Shown: positions 37,420 to 45,993 of the stretch, piece by piece
Layout: each line of letters opens with the position of its first letter
Numbering within the stretch: the first letter of the stretch is position 1
Source: Candidatus Methylomirabilia bacterium
GTDB taxonomy: Bacteria; Methylomirabilota; Methylomirabilia; Rokubacteriales; CSP1-6
Direction: 5' to 3'
DNA length: 45,993 bases
NCBI GenBank assembly: GCA_041492755.1
Contig: JBGPXN010000015.1
Location: 1-45,993 of the forward strand
The notes under the pieces: model-generated
What the model saw: only the letters and a program-made list of their open reading frames with translations
Told to the model about the DNA's origin: nothing
The model's database searches: none
Made by a program: the position numbers and the translations under genes

Positions 37420-39347
37420 CAGCGACACTCCTGCCCGCGATTCTTCGCAAGAAAGAAAAGCCCGCCCTGCCCGGCGCGTTCACGGGACAGCTCCTGCGCG
37501 TCGACATGACCAAGCGCAAGTGCTGGTCCGAGGCGTGGAGCCCGGAGGACATGCGCGCGCTCATGGGCGGCGCCGGTCTCGGCGCGATGATCCTGTACAA
37601 GGAGACCGGCACCAGGGGCGGGAAAGCCAACGTGAGCTGGGATCACCCGGACAACCGGCTGATCCTCGCCACCGGCCCGCTGGCCGGCCTGCCGGTGTGG
37701 GGCACGGGCGCGCTGACCGTCGTCACCATCGGCGCCGGCACCAACGGGCCGACGTCGACCCAGGCCAACGGCTTCTTCGGCGCCAACCTCAAGTACTGCG
37801 GCTACGACGCGATCGTGATCCAGGGCCAGGCCAAGGAGTGGAGCTACCTCTACGTCGACGACGACGTGGGCGAAGTCCGCGACGCCAGGTCGCTCGTCGG
37901 CAAGGACACGTGGGAGACGCAGAACGCGCTCAACAAGGAGCTGGGCCTGTCCGGCCACCAGCTCTCGGTCTACTCGATCGGGCCGGCCGGCGAGCATCTC
38001 GTGAAGCTCGCCGCGATCCAGGGCGACTACGGCCACGTCGCGTCCAAGAACGGCGTCGGCGCCGTCATGGGCAAGAAGAAGCTCAAGGCCGTGGCGATCG
38101 TGAAGGGGACGAAGGCGCTACGCGTGCCCGACTATCGCGGGGTCGTGCAGGTCGCCGACGACATCGCGCACGACCTGCGCACCGATCCGTCCGCGCGCTC
38201 GCTCTACGAGTACGGCACGCTGCCCGGCGTGGTGAACCTCTACAAGATGGGCGTGCTGCCGATCAAGAACTACACGACCAACGTCACCGACGCCGACATG
38301 ACGCAGTGGGAGGCGCCCAAGCTCCGCGAGGGCTTCGATCACCGCGGCCATCAGTGCAACGGCTGCGGGATGCACCACTGCCACATGCAGGTGATCCGCA
38401 GCGGTCCGTACCAGGGCGCGCGCGTCGACGAGCCGGAGTACGAAGGCTGGTCGGGCGCGGGCTGGGCCATCGGCGTCACCGCGGACAGGGAAGGCGTGAG
38501 CTGGCTCAACACCCAGCTCGACCGTGCCTGCGTGGACGTCAACGAGTTCGGCTGGCTCTGCGGCTGGGTGATGGAAGGCCAGGAAAAGGGCTGGATCACC
38601 AGGGAGCAGCTCGGCTTCGAGCTGAAGTGGGGTGACGTCGCGGGTGCGAATCGGCTGCTCCAGATGCTGAGCCGCCGCGAAGGCTTCGGCGACATCCTGG
38701 CCGAAGGCGTCAAGGGCGCGGCCGAGCGTCTCGGCGGCGCCGCCGAGGCGGCCGGAATTTACACGATGCAGGGCTCCGCCCCGCGCGGCCACGACCACCG
38801 CGCGCGCTGGGACGAGATGCTCGACACGTGCACCGGCTCCACCGGCACGCTCGAGAGCGGCGTGCCCGTGCACGTGACGGAGCTCGGTCTGCCGGCCCGT
38901 ATCAACCCGTTCAACGGCGAAGAGGTGGCCAACATGGTCGCGGGCATCCGCGGCCGCCGGCACTTCGAAGACTCGCTGGGGATCTGCATTTTCACCGGCC
39001 GCACGCGGCTGGAGAATCTCTGCCGCGCGCTGTCCGCGGCGACGGGCTGGTTCTACACCGTCGACGAAGCGATGACGATGGGCCGCCGGACGGCCGCGAT
39101 CTTCCGTGCCGTTCGGCTGCGCTGCGGGATCGGCGTGGATCGCGAGAAGCCCTCGGTCCGCTACGGCTCAGTACCGCACGACGGGCCAGCGAAGGGGCAG
39201 GCCGTCGGCGAGCAGTGGGACAAGATGGTGGACACCTGGTACCGGCAGGTCGGCTACGACCGCAAAACCGGCAAACCGCTGCCCGCCACGCTGAAGACGT
39301 TGGGCCTCGACTGGCTCTCCAAGGATCTCTGGGGCCGAAAAAGCTGA
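37416..39347 (+). CDS. aor: Aldehyde:ferredoxin oxidoreductase (tungsten AOR family)
   Basis: PDNRLILATGPL, GYDAIVIQG, SIGPAGE, GVGAVMG.KKLKAVA, CNGCGMHHC, EPEYE, LAEGV, DSLGIC. Confidence 0.92.
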   Translation: MTATLLPAILRKKEKPALPGAFTGQLLRVDMTKRKCWSEAWSPEDMRALMGGAGLGAMILYKETGTRGGKANVSWDHPDNRLILATGPLAGLPVWGTGALTVVTIGAGTNGPTSTQANGFFGANLKYCGYDAIVIQGQAKEWSYLYVDDDVGEVRDARSLVGKDTWETQNALNKELGLSGHQLSVYSIGPAGEHLVKLAAIQGDYGHVASKNGVGAVMGKKKLKAVAIVKGTKALRVPDYRGVVQVADDIAHDLRTDPSARSLYEYGTLPGVVNLYKMGVLPIKNYTTNVTDADMTQWEAPKLREGFDHRGHQCNGCGMHHCHMQVIRSGPYQGARVDEPEYEGWSGAGWAIGVTADREGVSWLNTQLDRACVDVNEFGWLCGWVMEGQEKGWITREQLGFELKWGDVAGANRLLQMLSRREGFGDILAEGVKGAAERLGGAAEAAGIYTMQGSAPRGHDHRARWDEMLDTCTGSTGTLESGVPVHVTELGLPARINPFNGEEVANMVAGIRGRRHFEDSLGICIFTGRTRLENLCRALSAATGWFYTVDEAMTMGRRTAAIFRAVRLRCGIGVDREKPSVRYGSVPHDGPAKGQAVGEQWDKMVDTWYRQVGYDRKTGKPLPATLKTLGLDWLSKDLWGRKS

Positions 39348-39352
39348 GGGCG

Positions 39353-39429
39353 GAATTCGAGGGGTGCCACGGCTCCGCCGGGGCGCCCCGAGCGTCTGGG
39401 GGGTCTGGGGGGCGCCCGGAGCCCCCCAG
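39353..39429 (+). repeat. Two-hairpin repeat, copy E
   Basis: gaattcga-ggggtgccacggc tcc gccggggcgcccc-gagcgtctgggggg-ctggggggc..gccccccag. Confidence 0.8.
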
Positions 39430-39530
39430 TAAGTCAACTTGCTTGACCCCTTCCCGGGCGCCGTGCTACACATCGGCGCTCGGGTGGCCCCGGTCATGCA
39501 TTCGGTCGAGGCGCATCCGACGGGGGGAAC

Positions 39531-40415
39531 ATGGCGCAAGTAATCGGATTCATTGGCCTCGGGATCATGGGACGACCGATGGCCAAGAACCTCCTCAAGG
39601 CCGGCCACTCGCTCGTCGTCCACAATCGGAGCCGCGCGGCCGTCGACGATCTCGTCAGCGCCGGCGCCAAGGCCGCCAGCTCGCCGCGCGAAGTCGCGGG
39701 ACAGTGCGACCTGCTCATCACGATGCTGCCGAACTCGCCGGACGTGGAGCTCGTCGCGCTCGGCAAGGACGGCATGATCGAGGGCGCGCGCACGGGGTTG
39801 ATCCTCGTCGACATGTCGACGATCTCGCCGATCGTCAGCCAGAAGATCGGCAAGGCGCTCGCGCCCAAGGGCGTGCGCATGCTCGACGGGCCGGTGTCGG
39901 GCGGTGAGCAGGGCGCGATCAACGCCGCGCTGTCGATCATGGTCGGCGGCGACAAGGCCGTGTTCGATCACGTCCTGCCCGTGTTCCAGGCGATGGGCAA
40001 GACGATCACGTACCTCGGTCCGCTCGGTTTCGGGGGCTTCACCAAGCTCGCCAACCAGATCATCGTGGCCGTGAACCTCACCGCGCTCGGCGAGGCGCTC
40101 ACGCTCGCGAAGAAGGCGGGTCTGGACCGCGAGCTCACGCTCAAGGCGCTCGCGGGCGGGCTCGCCGGCTCGAAGTGCCTGGAGCAGAAGACACCGAACT
40201 ACGTCGGCAACAGCTACAAGCCCGGGTTCAAGATCGACCTGCACTACAAGGACCTGGGGCTGATCATGGAATCGGCGCGGGAGCTCGGCGTGCCGTTGCC
40301 GGCGACGGCGGTGGTGCAGGAGCTCTTCAACGCACTGCGGGTCAAGGGCCGCGGCCAGCTCGATCACTCGGCGGTGATCACGCTCCTCGAAGACCTCGCG
40401 GGCGTGTCCGCGTGA
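39531..40415 (+). CDS. garR: 2-hydroxy-3-oxopropionate (tartronate semialdehyde) reductase
   Basis: IGFIGLGIMG.PMAKNLLKAG, ITMLPNSPDV, TKLANQIIVA, PGFKIDLH.KDL, DHSA. Confidence 0.88.
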   Translation: MAQVIGFIGLGIMGRPMAKNLLKAGHSLVVHNRSRAAVDDLVSAGAKAASSPREVAGQCDLLITMLPNSPDVELVALGKDGMIEGARTGLILVDMSTISPIVSQKIGKALAPKGVRMLDGPVSGGEQGAINAALSIMVGGDKAVFDHVLPVFQAMGKTITYLGPLGFGGFTKLANQIIVAVNLTALGEALTLAKKAGLDRELTLKALAGGLAGSKCLEQKTPNYVGNSYKPGFKIDLHYKDLGLIMESARELGVPLPATAVVQELFNALRVKGRGQLDHSAVITLLEDLAGVSA

Positions 40416-41440
40416 GGGCGACCGTCGACCGCGTCGGGCTCGACTCCCAGGGCCGGTCGACCAAGGTGCAGATCCGTCGCGTCCGCAAGGGCGATCTCTC
40501 CAAAGTCCGCGACGTCATCGAGCAGACCTTCAGCGATTTCCTGGAGCGGCAGCTCGGCACGCGCCCGCGCCAGCCCTTCGCCGGTGCGCAGTACGTGCAC
40601 CATCGCTGGCTCATGGAGCCATGGGGCTGCTTCGTGGCCGAGGAAGACGGCGGCAAGCTGGTCGGCGCGGCGCTCGGCGTGACGTGGGGGACGCTCGGCA
40701 TCATCGGCCCCGTGGCCGTGCTGACGAACTACCAGAACCAGACCATCGGCCAGCAACTCATCCAGGCGGTGGAGGGGTTCTTCGAGGAGAACAAGACGAC
40801 GCTCACGGGCGTCGTCACGTACCCGGCGAGCCCGAAGCACCTGTACCTCTACCACAAGTTCGGCTACCGCCCGAAGGCGCTGACCGCGATCATGAGCCGC
40901 GCCCTGGAGCGCCGCGACGGCGCCGTCGGGACGCGGACCGTCCGGGCCGGGCTCGCCGTCCGGCGGTACTCCACGCTCGAGGAGGCGAAGAAGAAGGCCG
41001 CGCTCGGCCGGTTCCACCGGATCACCAACGGCGTGTGCCGCGGGATGGATCTGGCCAAGGAAATCGAGATCGTCGACGGCCTGGCCCTTGGCGACACGGT
41101 GCTGTTCGAGCGCGGGCGCGACGTGGTCGGGTTCGCCGTCTGCCACGTCCCGGGCGTCAGCGAAGCGCCGCAGGGCGCGCTCTACGTGAAGGCGCTCATC
41201 ATCGATCCGATGCAGAAGAAGGTCGAGACCCTCGAGCACGCGGTGGCTGCGCTCGAGGACCTGGCCCACGATCTTGGCCTGCCCCGGGTCATCCTTCCCG
41301 TCTACACTCGGTACTGGGCCGCCTACAGCGCCCTGCTGAAATGCGGATATCAAACCGACTTCACGATGATCCGGATGCAACGCGGCAAGCAGGAGGACTA
41401 CGAGGACCCCTCGCACCTGGTGCTCGACGACTGGCGTTGA
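40412..41440 (+). CDS. GNAT-family N-acetyltransferase (tandem fold)
   Basis: IGPVAV...YQNQTIGQQL motif A; LYHKFGY; start uncertain. Confidence 0.8.
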   Translation: MRATVDRVGLDSQGRSTKVQIRRVRKGDLSKVRDVIEQTFSDFLERQLGTRPRQPFAGAQYVHHRWLMEPWGCFVAEEDGGKLVGAALGVTWGTLGIIGPVAVLTNYQNQTIGQQLIQAVEGFFEENKTTLTGVVTYPASPKHLYLYHKFGYRPKALTAIMSRALERRDGAVGTRTVRAGLAVRRYSTLEEAKKKAALGRFHRITNGVCRGMDLAKEIEIVDGLALGDTVLFERGRDVVGFAVCHVPGVSEAPQGALYVKALIIDPMQKKVETLEHAVAALEDLAHDLGLPRVILPVYTRYWAAYSALLKCGYQTDFTMIRMQRGKQEDYEDPSHLVLDDWR

Positions 41441-41790
41441 GTCGGGGTCCCGCCGCGATCGTCGTGGCTGCGTTGCTGCTCGTCGCCGTTCCCGTGGCCG
41501 CTCACTCCCTGTTGCTCGAATCGTCGCCGCCGGCGGGCGGCACGCTCACGGGCGCGGGCCGGGTGACGTTGCGCTTCAACAATCGCCTCGAAAAGCGCCT
41601 GTCCGGTATCCGGCTCGTCGACGGTCGCGGTGTGGGTCACGCCTTGACCGTGACGGAGGAAGGCCGGCGCGACGAGCTGACCGCCGTCGCTCCCGCATTG
41701 CCGGCCGGCGCCTACCGCGCGGAGTGGCGCGTGCTCTCCACCGACGGCCACGTGGTGAGCGGCAGCTTCCAGCTTCGGATCGCCCCCTGA
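41437..41790 (+). CDS. copC: Copper resistance protein CopC
   Basis: Signal peptide then H-SLLLESSP, LRFN, Y..EWRVLSTDGHVVSG. Confidence 0.9.
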   Translation: MSRGPAAIVVAALLLVAVPVAAHSLLLESSPPAGGTLTGAGRVTLRFNNRLEKRLSGIRLVDGRGVGHALTVTEEGRRDELTAVAPALPAGAYRAEWRVLSTDGHVVSGSFQLRIAP

Positions 41791-41800
41791 TCCAACCGGC

Positions 41801-43378
41801 ATGACCGGGTTCATCGACGTCCTCCTGCGTGGTGCATTGCTCGTGGCCGCCGCGTTCGCGGTCGGCGGGGTGGCCTGGGCGCGGCTCGTCCTGCGCGCCG
41901 AACCGCACGCCAAGCCCGCCGCCGCCGTGGCCCGCTGCCTGCGCGCGGCCAGCCTGGGCGGCTGGCTCGCCGCGACGGCCCAGGGCGCCATCGTGCTGCT
42001 CGTGCTCGCCGACGTGTCCGGCAATGCCGGCCACGTGCCCCTCGGCGACTATCTCGGCACCTCGTTCGCGCGGACGGCGATCGTGCGCGCGATGCTCGGC
42101 GCCGCGCTGGCGGTGCTGGCCGGACGAATGGCCGGACGCGCGGCCGGTGGTGCGGCGTGGGGCCTGCTGACCGTGCTCGCCCTCGCGACGTCCGCGTCGT
42201 CCGCCGGTCTCAGTCATGCGGCGGCGCGCGTCGACGGTCGGCTGCTCCTGCTCGGCCTCGACGCGGCCCATCAGCTCGCGGCTTCCGTGTGGGTGGGCGG
42301 CCTCGCCCACTTCACCCTGCACGTCGCGCGAACGCGCGGCGAGGACGATCCGTATCGGCGCGTGCTCGCACCCCGGTTCTCGACCGTGGCGCTCGTCGCC
42401 ATGAGCACGATCGTGGCGACCGGCCTGGCCCTCACGCTGCTCTACGTCGGCGACCTGGCCGGAATGGTGGGTACCGCCTACGGCGTGATGATCCTGAGCA
42501 AGGTCGCGCTGCTGGCCGCGGCGCTCGGGCTGGCCGCGGTGAACTTTCGTCTCGTCCGTCGCGCGTTCGGCGCCGAGCCGCCGGCGCGGCTCACACGGTT
42601 CGTGGAGGTCGAGCTCGGACTCGGCATCACGATCCTCTTCGCGGCGGCGTCGCTGACCTCGCTGCCGCCGGCCACCGACGTCCGCGCCGACCGCGCGACC
42701 CCGGCGGAGGTGGCCGGACGCTTCGTGCCCGCGCCGCCGCGGCTCACGAGCCCGCCGATCGCCGATCTCATCCGGACGGCGGAGCCCCTGATGGCGTCGC
42801 CGGGCGAGCGCCTCGCCGTCGAGCGTGCGTGGTCCGAGTACAACCATCACTGGGCGGGCTTCTTCGTGCTGACCATGGGGCTGCTTGCGGTGCTGGAGCG
42901 CACGGGCGTGCGGGCCGCTCGCCATTGGCCGCTCGTCTTCCTGGGGCTGGCCGCCTTCCTCTTCATCCGCAACGATCCGCGCGCGTGGCCGCTCGGTCCC
43001 GCCGGCTTCTGGGAGAGCATGACCCTGCCCGACGTCCTGCAGCACCGCGCCTTCGTCGTGCTCATCGTGGTGTTCGGAATCTTCGAGTGGATGGTGCGGG
43101 TCGGGCGTCTGCCCGCGCGGCCCTGGGCGCTCGTCTTCCCGCTGCTGTGCGCGGCCGGCGGCGGCATGCTGCTCACGCACTCGCACGCGATGTTCAACCT
43201 CAAGGACGAGTTCCTCACCGAGGTCACGCATGCGCCGCTGGGCATCGCCGGCGCGTTCGCGGGCTGGGCGCGCTGGGTCGAGGTGCGACTGCCCGAAGCG
43301 GGGGGAACACCGGCGTGGCTCTGGCGCGCCTGCCTCGTGACCGTGGGCGTGATCCTGCTGGTCTATCGGGAGGCGTGA
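41801..43378 (+). CDS. copD: CopD family protein with C-terminal His-rich membrane domain
   Basis: SHAA, AHQLAASVWVGGL, RFS, TAYG..IL.K; follows copC. Confidence 0.88.
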   Translation: MTGFIDVLLRGALLVAAAFAVGGVAWARLVLRAEPHAKPAAAVARCLRAASLGGWLAATAQGAIVLLVLADVSGNAGHVPLGDYLGTSFARTAIVRAMLGAALAVLAGRMAGRAAGGAAWGLLTVLALATSASSAGLSHAAARVDGRLLLLGLDAAHQLAASVWVGGLAHFTLHVARTRGEDDPYRRVLAPRFSTVALVAMSTIVATGLALTLLYVGDLAGMVGTAYGVMILSKVALLAAALGLAAVNFRLVRRAFGAEPPARLTRFVEVELGLGITILFAAASLTSLPPATDVRADRATPAEVAGRFVPAPPRLTSPPIADLIRTAEPLMASPGERLAVERAWSEYNHHWAGFFVLTMGLLAVLERTGVRAARHWPLVFLGLAAFLFIRNDPRAWPLGPAGFWESMTLPDVLQHRAFVVLIVVFGIFEWMVRVGRLPARPWALVFPLLCAAGGGMLLTHSHAMFNLKDEFLTEVTHAPLGIAGAFAGWARWVEVRLPEAGGTPAWLWRACLVTVGVILLVYREA

Positions 43379-44490
43379 GGGTGCTGGCGGGGGCGGCGAC
43401 GGCGGAGGGGACGGGACGATACGCGGGCCGCGTCGGGAAGGGCCTGCCCGCGGGACACTTCCGGGCTCTCGACGGCCATGCCGCGTCGAGTCTTGGCCTG
43501 GGGACCTACCTCGGCCGCGAGGACGACGCGACCGACGTCCTCTACCGTCGCGCGGTGGCGCGGGCGCTGGCGCGTGGATTCAACGTCGTCGACACGGCCG
43601 TGAACTATCGCCATCAGCGAAGCGAGCGCGCCGTCGGCGCCGCGATCGCCGACGTGGTGGCGAGCGGGACGAGCGCGCGCGACGAGATCGTCGTCTCGAC
43701 GAAGGGCGGCTACATTCCGTTCGACGGTGCGATGCCCGCCGATCCCGGACAGTACGTCGTGGACACGTACGTCGAGCCGGGGATCGTCCAGCCCGAGGAC
43801 GTGGTGGGCGGCGCGCATTGCATGACGCCGCGCTACCTGGAAAATCAAATCGGTCGCAGTCGCGCGAACCTCGGGCTGGACACCATCGACGTCTACTACC
43901 TGCACAATCCCGAGGCCCAGCTCGAAGAAGTGGAGCGCGCCGAGTTCATGCGCCGTATCCGCGCCGCCTTCGGCGCGCTCGAAGGCGCGGTGGCGGCCGG
44001 TCACATCGGCTGCTACGGCACCGCGACCTGGAACGGCTATCGCGAGCCGCCGGGGGCGCCGGGGCTCCTGTCGCTCGAGGAGATGGTCACGGCCGCCAAG
44101 GACGTCGGGGGCGCCGGCCACCACTTCAAGGTCATCCAGCTGCCCTACAACCTCGCGATGCCGGAAGCGGTCACGCGCGCGAATCAGCCGGTCGGCAAGG
44201 ACACCGTGTCGCCGCTGGAGGCGGCGCGGCGGCTGGGCGTGTACGTGATGGCCTCGGCGTCGGTGTACCAGGGCCAGCTCACGCGGAACCTGCCGCCCCT
44301 CATCGCGGAGTACCTGCCGGGCTTGACCACCGACGCCCAGCGCGCGCTCCAGTTCGTGCGCTCCACCCCGGGCATCGGGACCGCGCTCGTGGGCATGAAG
44401 TCGCTGCCGCACGTCGAGGAGAACGCCGGCGTGGCCAAGGTGGCGCCGATGGAGTGGGATCAGTTCAAGCGCCTGTTCGCCATGGAATGA
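43375..44490 (+). CDS. Aldo/keto reductase
   Basis: SSLGLGTY, DTAVNY, STKGG, IDVYYLHNPE, IQLPYNL. Confidence 0.9.
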   Translation: MRVLAGAATAEGTGRYAGRVGKGLPAGHFRALDGHAASSLGLGTYLGREDDATDVLYRRAVARALARGFNVVDTAVNYRHQRSERAVGAAIADVVASGTSARDEIVVSTKGGYIPFDGAMPADPGQYVVDTYVEPGIVQPEDVVGGAHCMTPRYLENQIGRSRANLGLDTIDVYYLHNPEAQLEEVERAEFMRRIRAAFGALEGAVAAGHIGCYGTATWNGYREPPGAPGLLSLEEMVTAAKDVGGAGHHFKVIQLPYNLAMPEAVTRANQPVGKDTVSPLEAARRLGVYVMASASVYQGQLTRNLPPLIAEYLPGLTTDAQRALQFVRSTPGIGTALVGMKSLPHVEENAGVAKVAPMEWDQFKRLFAME

Positions 44491-44945
44491 TGCGCCTCGA
44501 GGCCAACGCTGACCACGCGCTCGGTGTTCGCCCCAGCGTGTCGGCGGTGATCTTCGACCGCCGCGGCCGCGTGCTCCTTCAGCAGCGCTCGGACGGTGGC
44601 CAGTGGGGGTTGCCGGGCGGATCCGTGGAGATCGGCGAGTCCGTCCGCGCCGCCGTCGTGCGCGAAGTGAAGGAGGAGACGGGTCTGCGCGTGACGCCCG
44701 GGCGCGTCATCGGCATCTATTCCGATCCGCGGATGCAGGTCGCCCGGTATCCCGACGGGAACGTGTGGCAGTACGTCAGCATCTGCTTCGAGTGCCGCGT
44801 CCGGGGCGGGACGCTGACGACGTGTGACGAGACGCTCGATCTCCGCTACTTCGCGCCGGGACGGTTCCCGCGCACGCTCCTGCGCAACCACCGCGTCCGC
44901 ATCCGCGACGCCCGCGCCCGCCGCGCCGCACCGTTCGTCCGCTGA
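44487..44945 (+). CDS. NUDIX hydrolase
   Basis: WGLPGGSVEIGESVRAAVVREVKEETGL Nudix box. Confidence 0.93.
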   Translation: MMRLEANADHALGVRPSVSAVIFDRRGRVLLQQRSDGGQWGLPGGSVEIGESVRAAVVREVKEETGLRVTPGRVIGIYSDPRMQVARYPDGNVWQYVSICFECRVRGGTLTTCDETLDLRYFAPGRFPRTLLRNHRVRIRDARARRAAPFVR

Positions 44946-44950
44946 GCGCC

Positions 44951-45685
44951 ATGCTCACGCGCGTGCATCACGCGGGCATCGTGGTGCGGAGCCTCGACGA
45001 GGCGTATCGGTTCTATCGGGACACGCTCGGGTTCCCGCTGCTCGAGGAAGCCGAGGTGCGCGATCAGGGCGTGCGCGCGGCGCTGCTCGACGCCGGCCCG
45101 AGCGAGATCGAGCTGCTCGAGCCATTGCACGGGGAGACGGGCGTCGGCCGCTTCCTCGCGCGCCGCGGCGAGGGGCTGCACCACGTCTGCTTCCACACGC
45201 CCGACGTGGCCGCGGCGCTCGCCGATCTCGCCGCGCGCCGGGTGGAGCTGGTCGACGCGGTGCCGCGCCCGGGGCTCGCCGGCCAGATCGCCTTCCTGCA
45301 TCCCCGCGCGTGTGCCGGACTGCTCGTCGAGCTGGCAACGCCGCTGGCCACCGAGCATCACGGCCCGGCCAGCCCGTACCGGCTCGTGCGCGTGGTGGCC
45401 GGCAGCCGCGATCCCCACGGCAGCGTCGCGGTGCTCGCGTCCGTCCTCGGGCTGACGGCCACCGGCACGAAGCTCGTCGCGGGGCCCAGCGTCGTGGAGG
45501 TGCTCGCGCCGGAGGTTGCCGGCGGCGAGGGCCTGAGCGCGCTCGGCTTCGAGGTGCCCGACCGGCGCACGATCGTGGAGCGATGTATGGGGGCCGGGAT
45601 CGCGATGCACGAGGTTGGACACGAGATCGTGATCGATCCTCGGCTGGCCCACGGCGCGCAGCTTCGCTTTCGCCACCCGGCCTGA
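44951..45685 (+). CDS. mce: Methylmalonyl-CoA epimerase-like VOC protein with second degenerate VOC domain
   Basis: HHAGIVV, DQGVRAA, IELLEP, RGEGLHHVCF, AFLHP...GLLVEL. Confidence 0.8.
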   Translation: MLTRVHHAGIVVRSLDEAYRFYRDTLGFPLLEEAEVRDQGVRAALLDAGPSEIELLEPLHGETGVGRFLARRGEGLHHVCFHTPDVAAALADLAARRVELVDAVPRPGLAGQIAFLHPRACAGLLVELATPLATEHHGPASPYRLVRVVAGSRDPHGSVAVLASVLGLTATGTKLVAGPSVVEVLAPEVAGGEGLSALGFEVPDRRTIVERCMGAGIAMHEVGHEIVIDPRLAHGAQLRFRHPA

Positions 45686-45746
45686 CGTGCGTCAGGCGCG
45701 CGGGAACACGCGAGGCACGACCCGTGCCGCGCGCGCGGACGCCCGG

Positions 45747-45993
45747 TCAGAACGCGTCGGGCGCGGCGGCGATCCGATCCAGGCTTTGCGGTAGCGCGTC
45801 TCCGCCTCCGCGTAGGCGGCCCGCCCGCGCTCGTCCTTCACGGCCGCGCGGATGCCCGGTTTCCCGGCGAGGCTGTCGATGCCCTTGGCGCCGGCGGCGG
45901 TCTTCATGTGGAAGATGTGCGCGACCCAGCGTGTCCGCGCGGCGCGCGAGCACGGTCTTGACCCGCGGCGCGAGCTCGTCGTGCACGGCCACG
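45747..45993 (-). CDS. 3' end of an unidentified gene, truncated by the window and apparently frameshifted
   Basis: GC3-rich reading switches frame near 45926 and back near 45782. Confidence 0.45.
   Translation of the reverse strand, partial: VAVHDELAPRVKTVLARRADTLGRAHLPHEDRRRRQGHRQPRRETGHPRGREGRARAGRLRGGGDALPQSLDRIAAAPDAF

Overview
GC-rich (roughly 70% by eye), gene-dense bacterial chromosome segment. Gene content and repeat style suggest Candidatus Rokubacteria/Methylomirabilota (inference only). The left end (1-8 kb) has a receiver protein, rnd, ettA, a spermidine-synthase-like methyltransferase, an HSD10-type SDR and the hopanoid C-2 methylase hpnP. The central 8-28 kb block holds general-stress/dormancy-type genes (GlsB/YeaQ, cls, glycogen debranching enzyme, GT4, PG-binding protein, GFO, holin-like/DUF3618/DUF883 proteins, LigD polymerase, TraR/DksA, BON, NtrC-type activator plus a minimal kinase), with an imuA-imuB-dnaE2 cassette embedded in it. 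Twelve sigma-54 (-24/-12) motifs precede genes in this block, two of them fused into one palindromic bidirectional promoter, and five of its proteins end in Ala-Ala. The right part has zwf/pgl, an unannotated UGSC selenoprotein (in-frame TGA plus SECIS-like hairpin) with its partner gene, a MITE nested in a REP-like palindrome, a tungsten AOR operon, garR, GNAT, copC/copD, AKR, NUDIX and mce. A ~78-bp two-hairpin repeat family occurs at least 7 times, once in-frame inside imuB. Several genes are internally deleted remnants (SDR, DinB-family, Ku, gluconokinase). All family calls come from motif recognition by eye, with no database searches.
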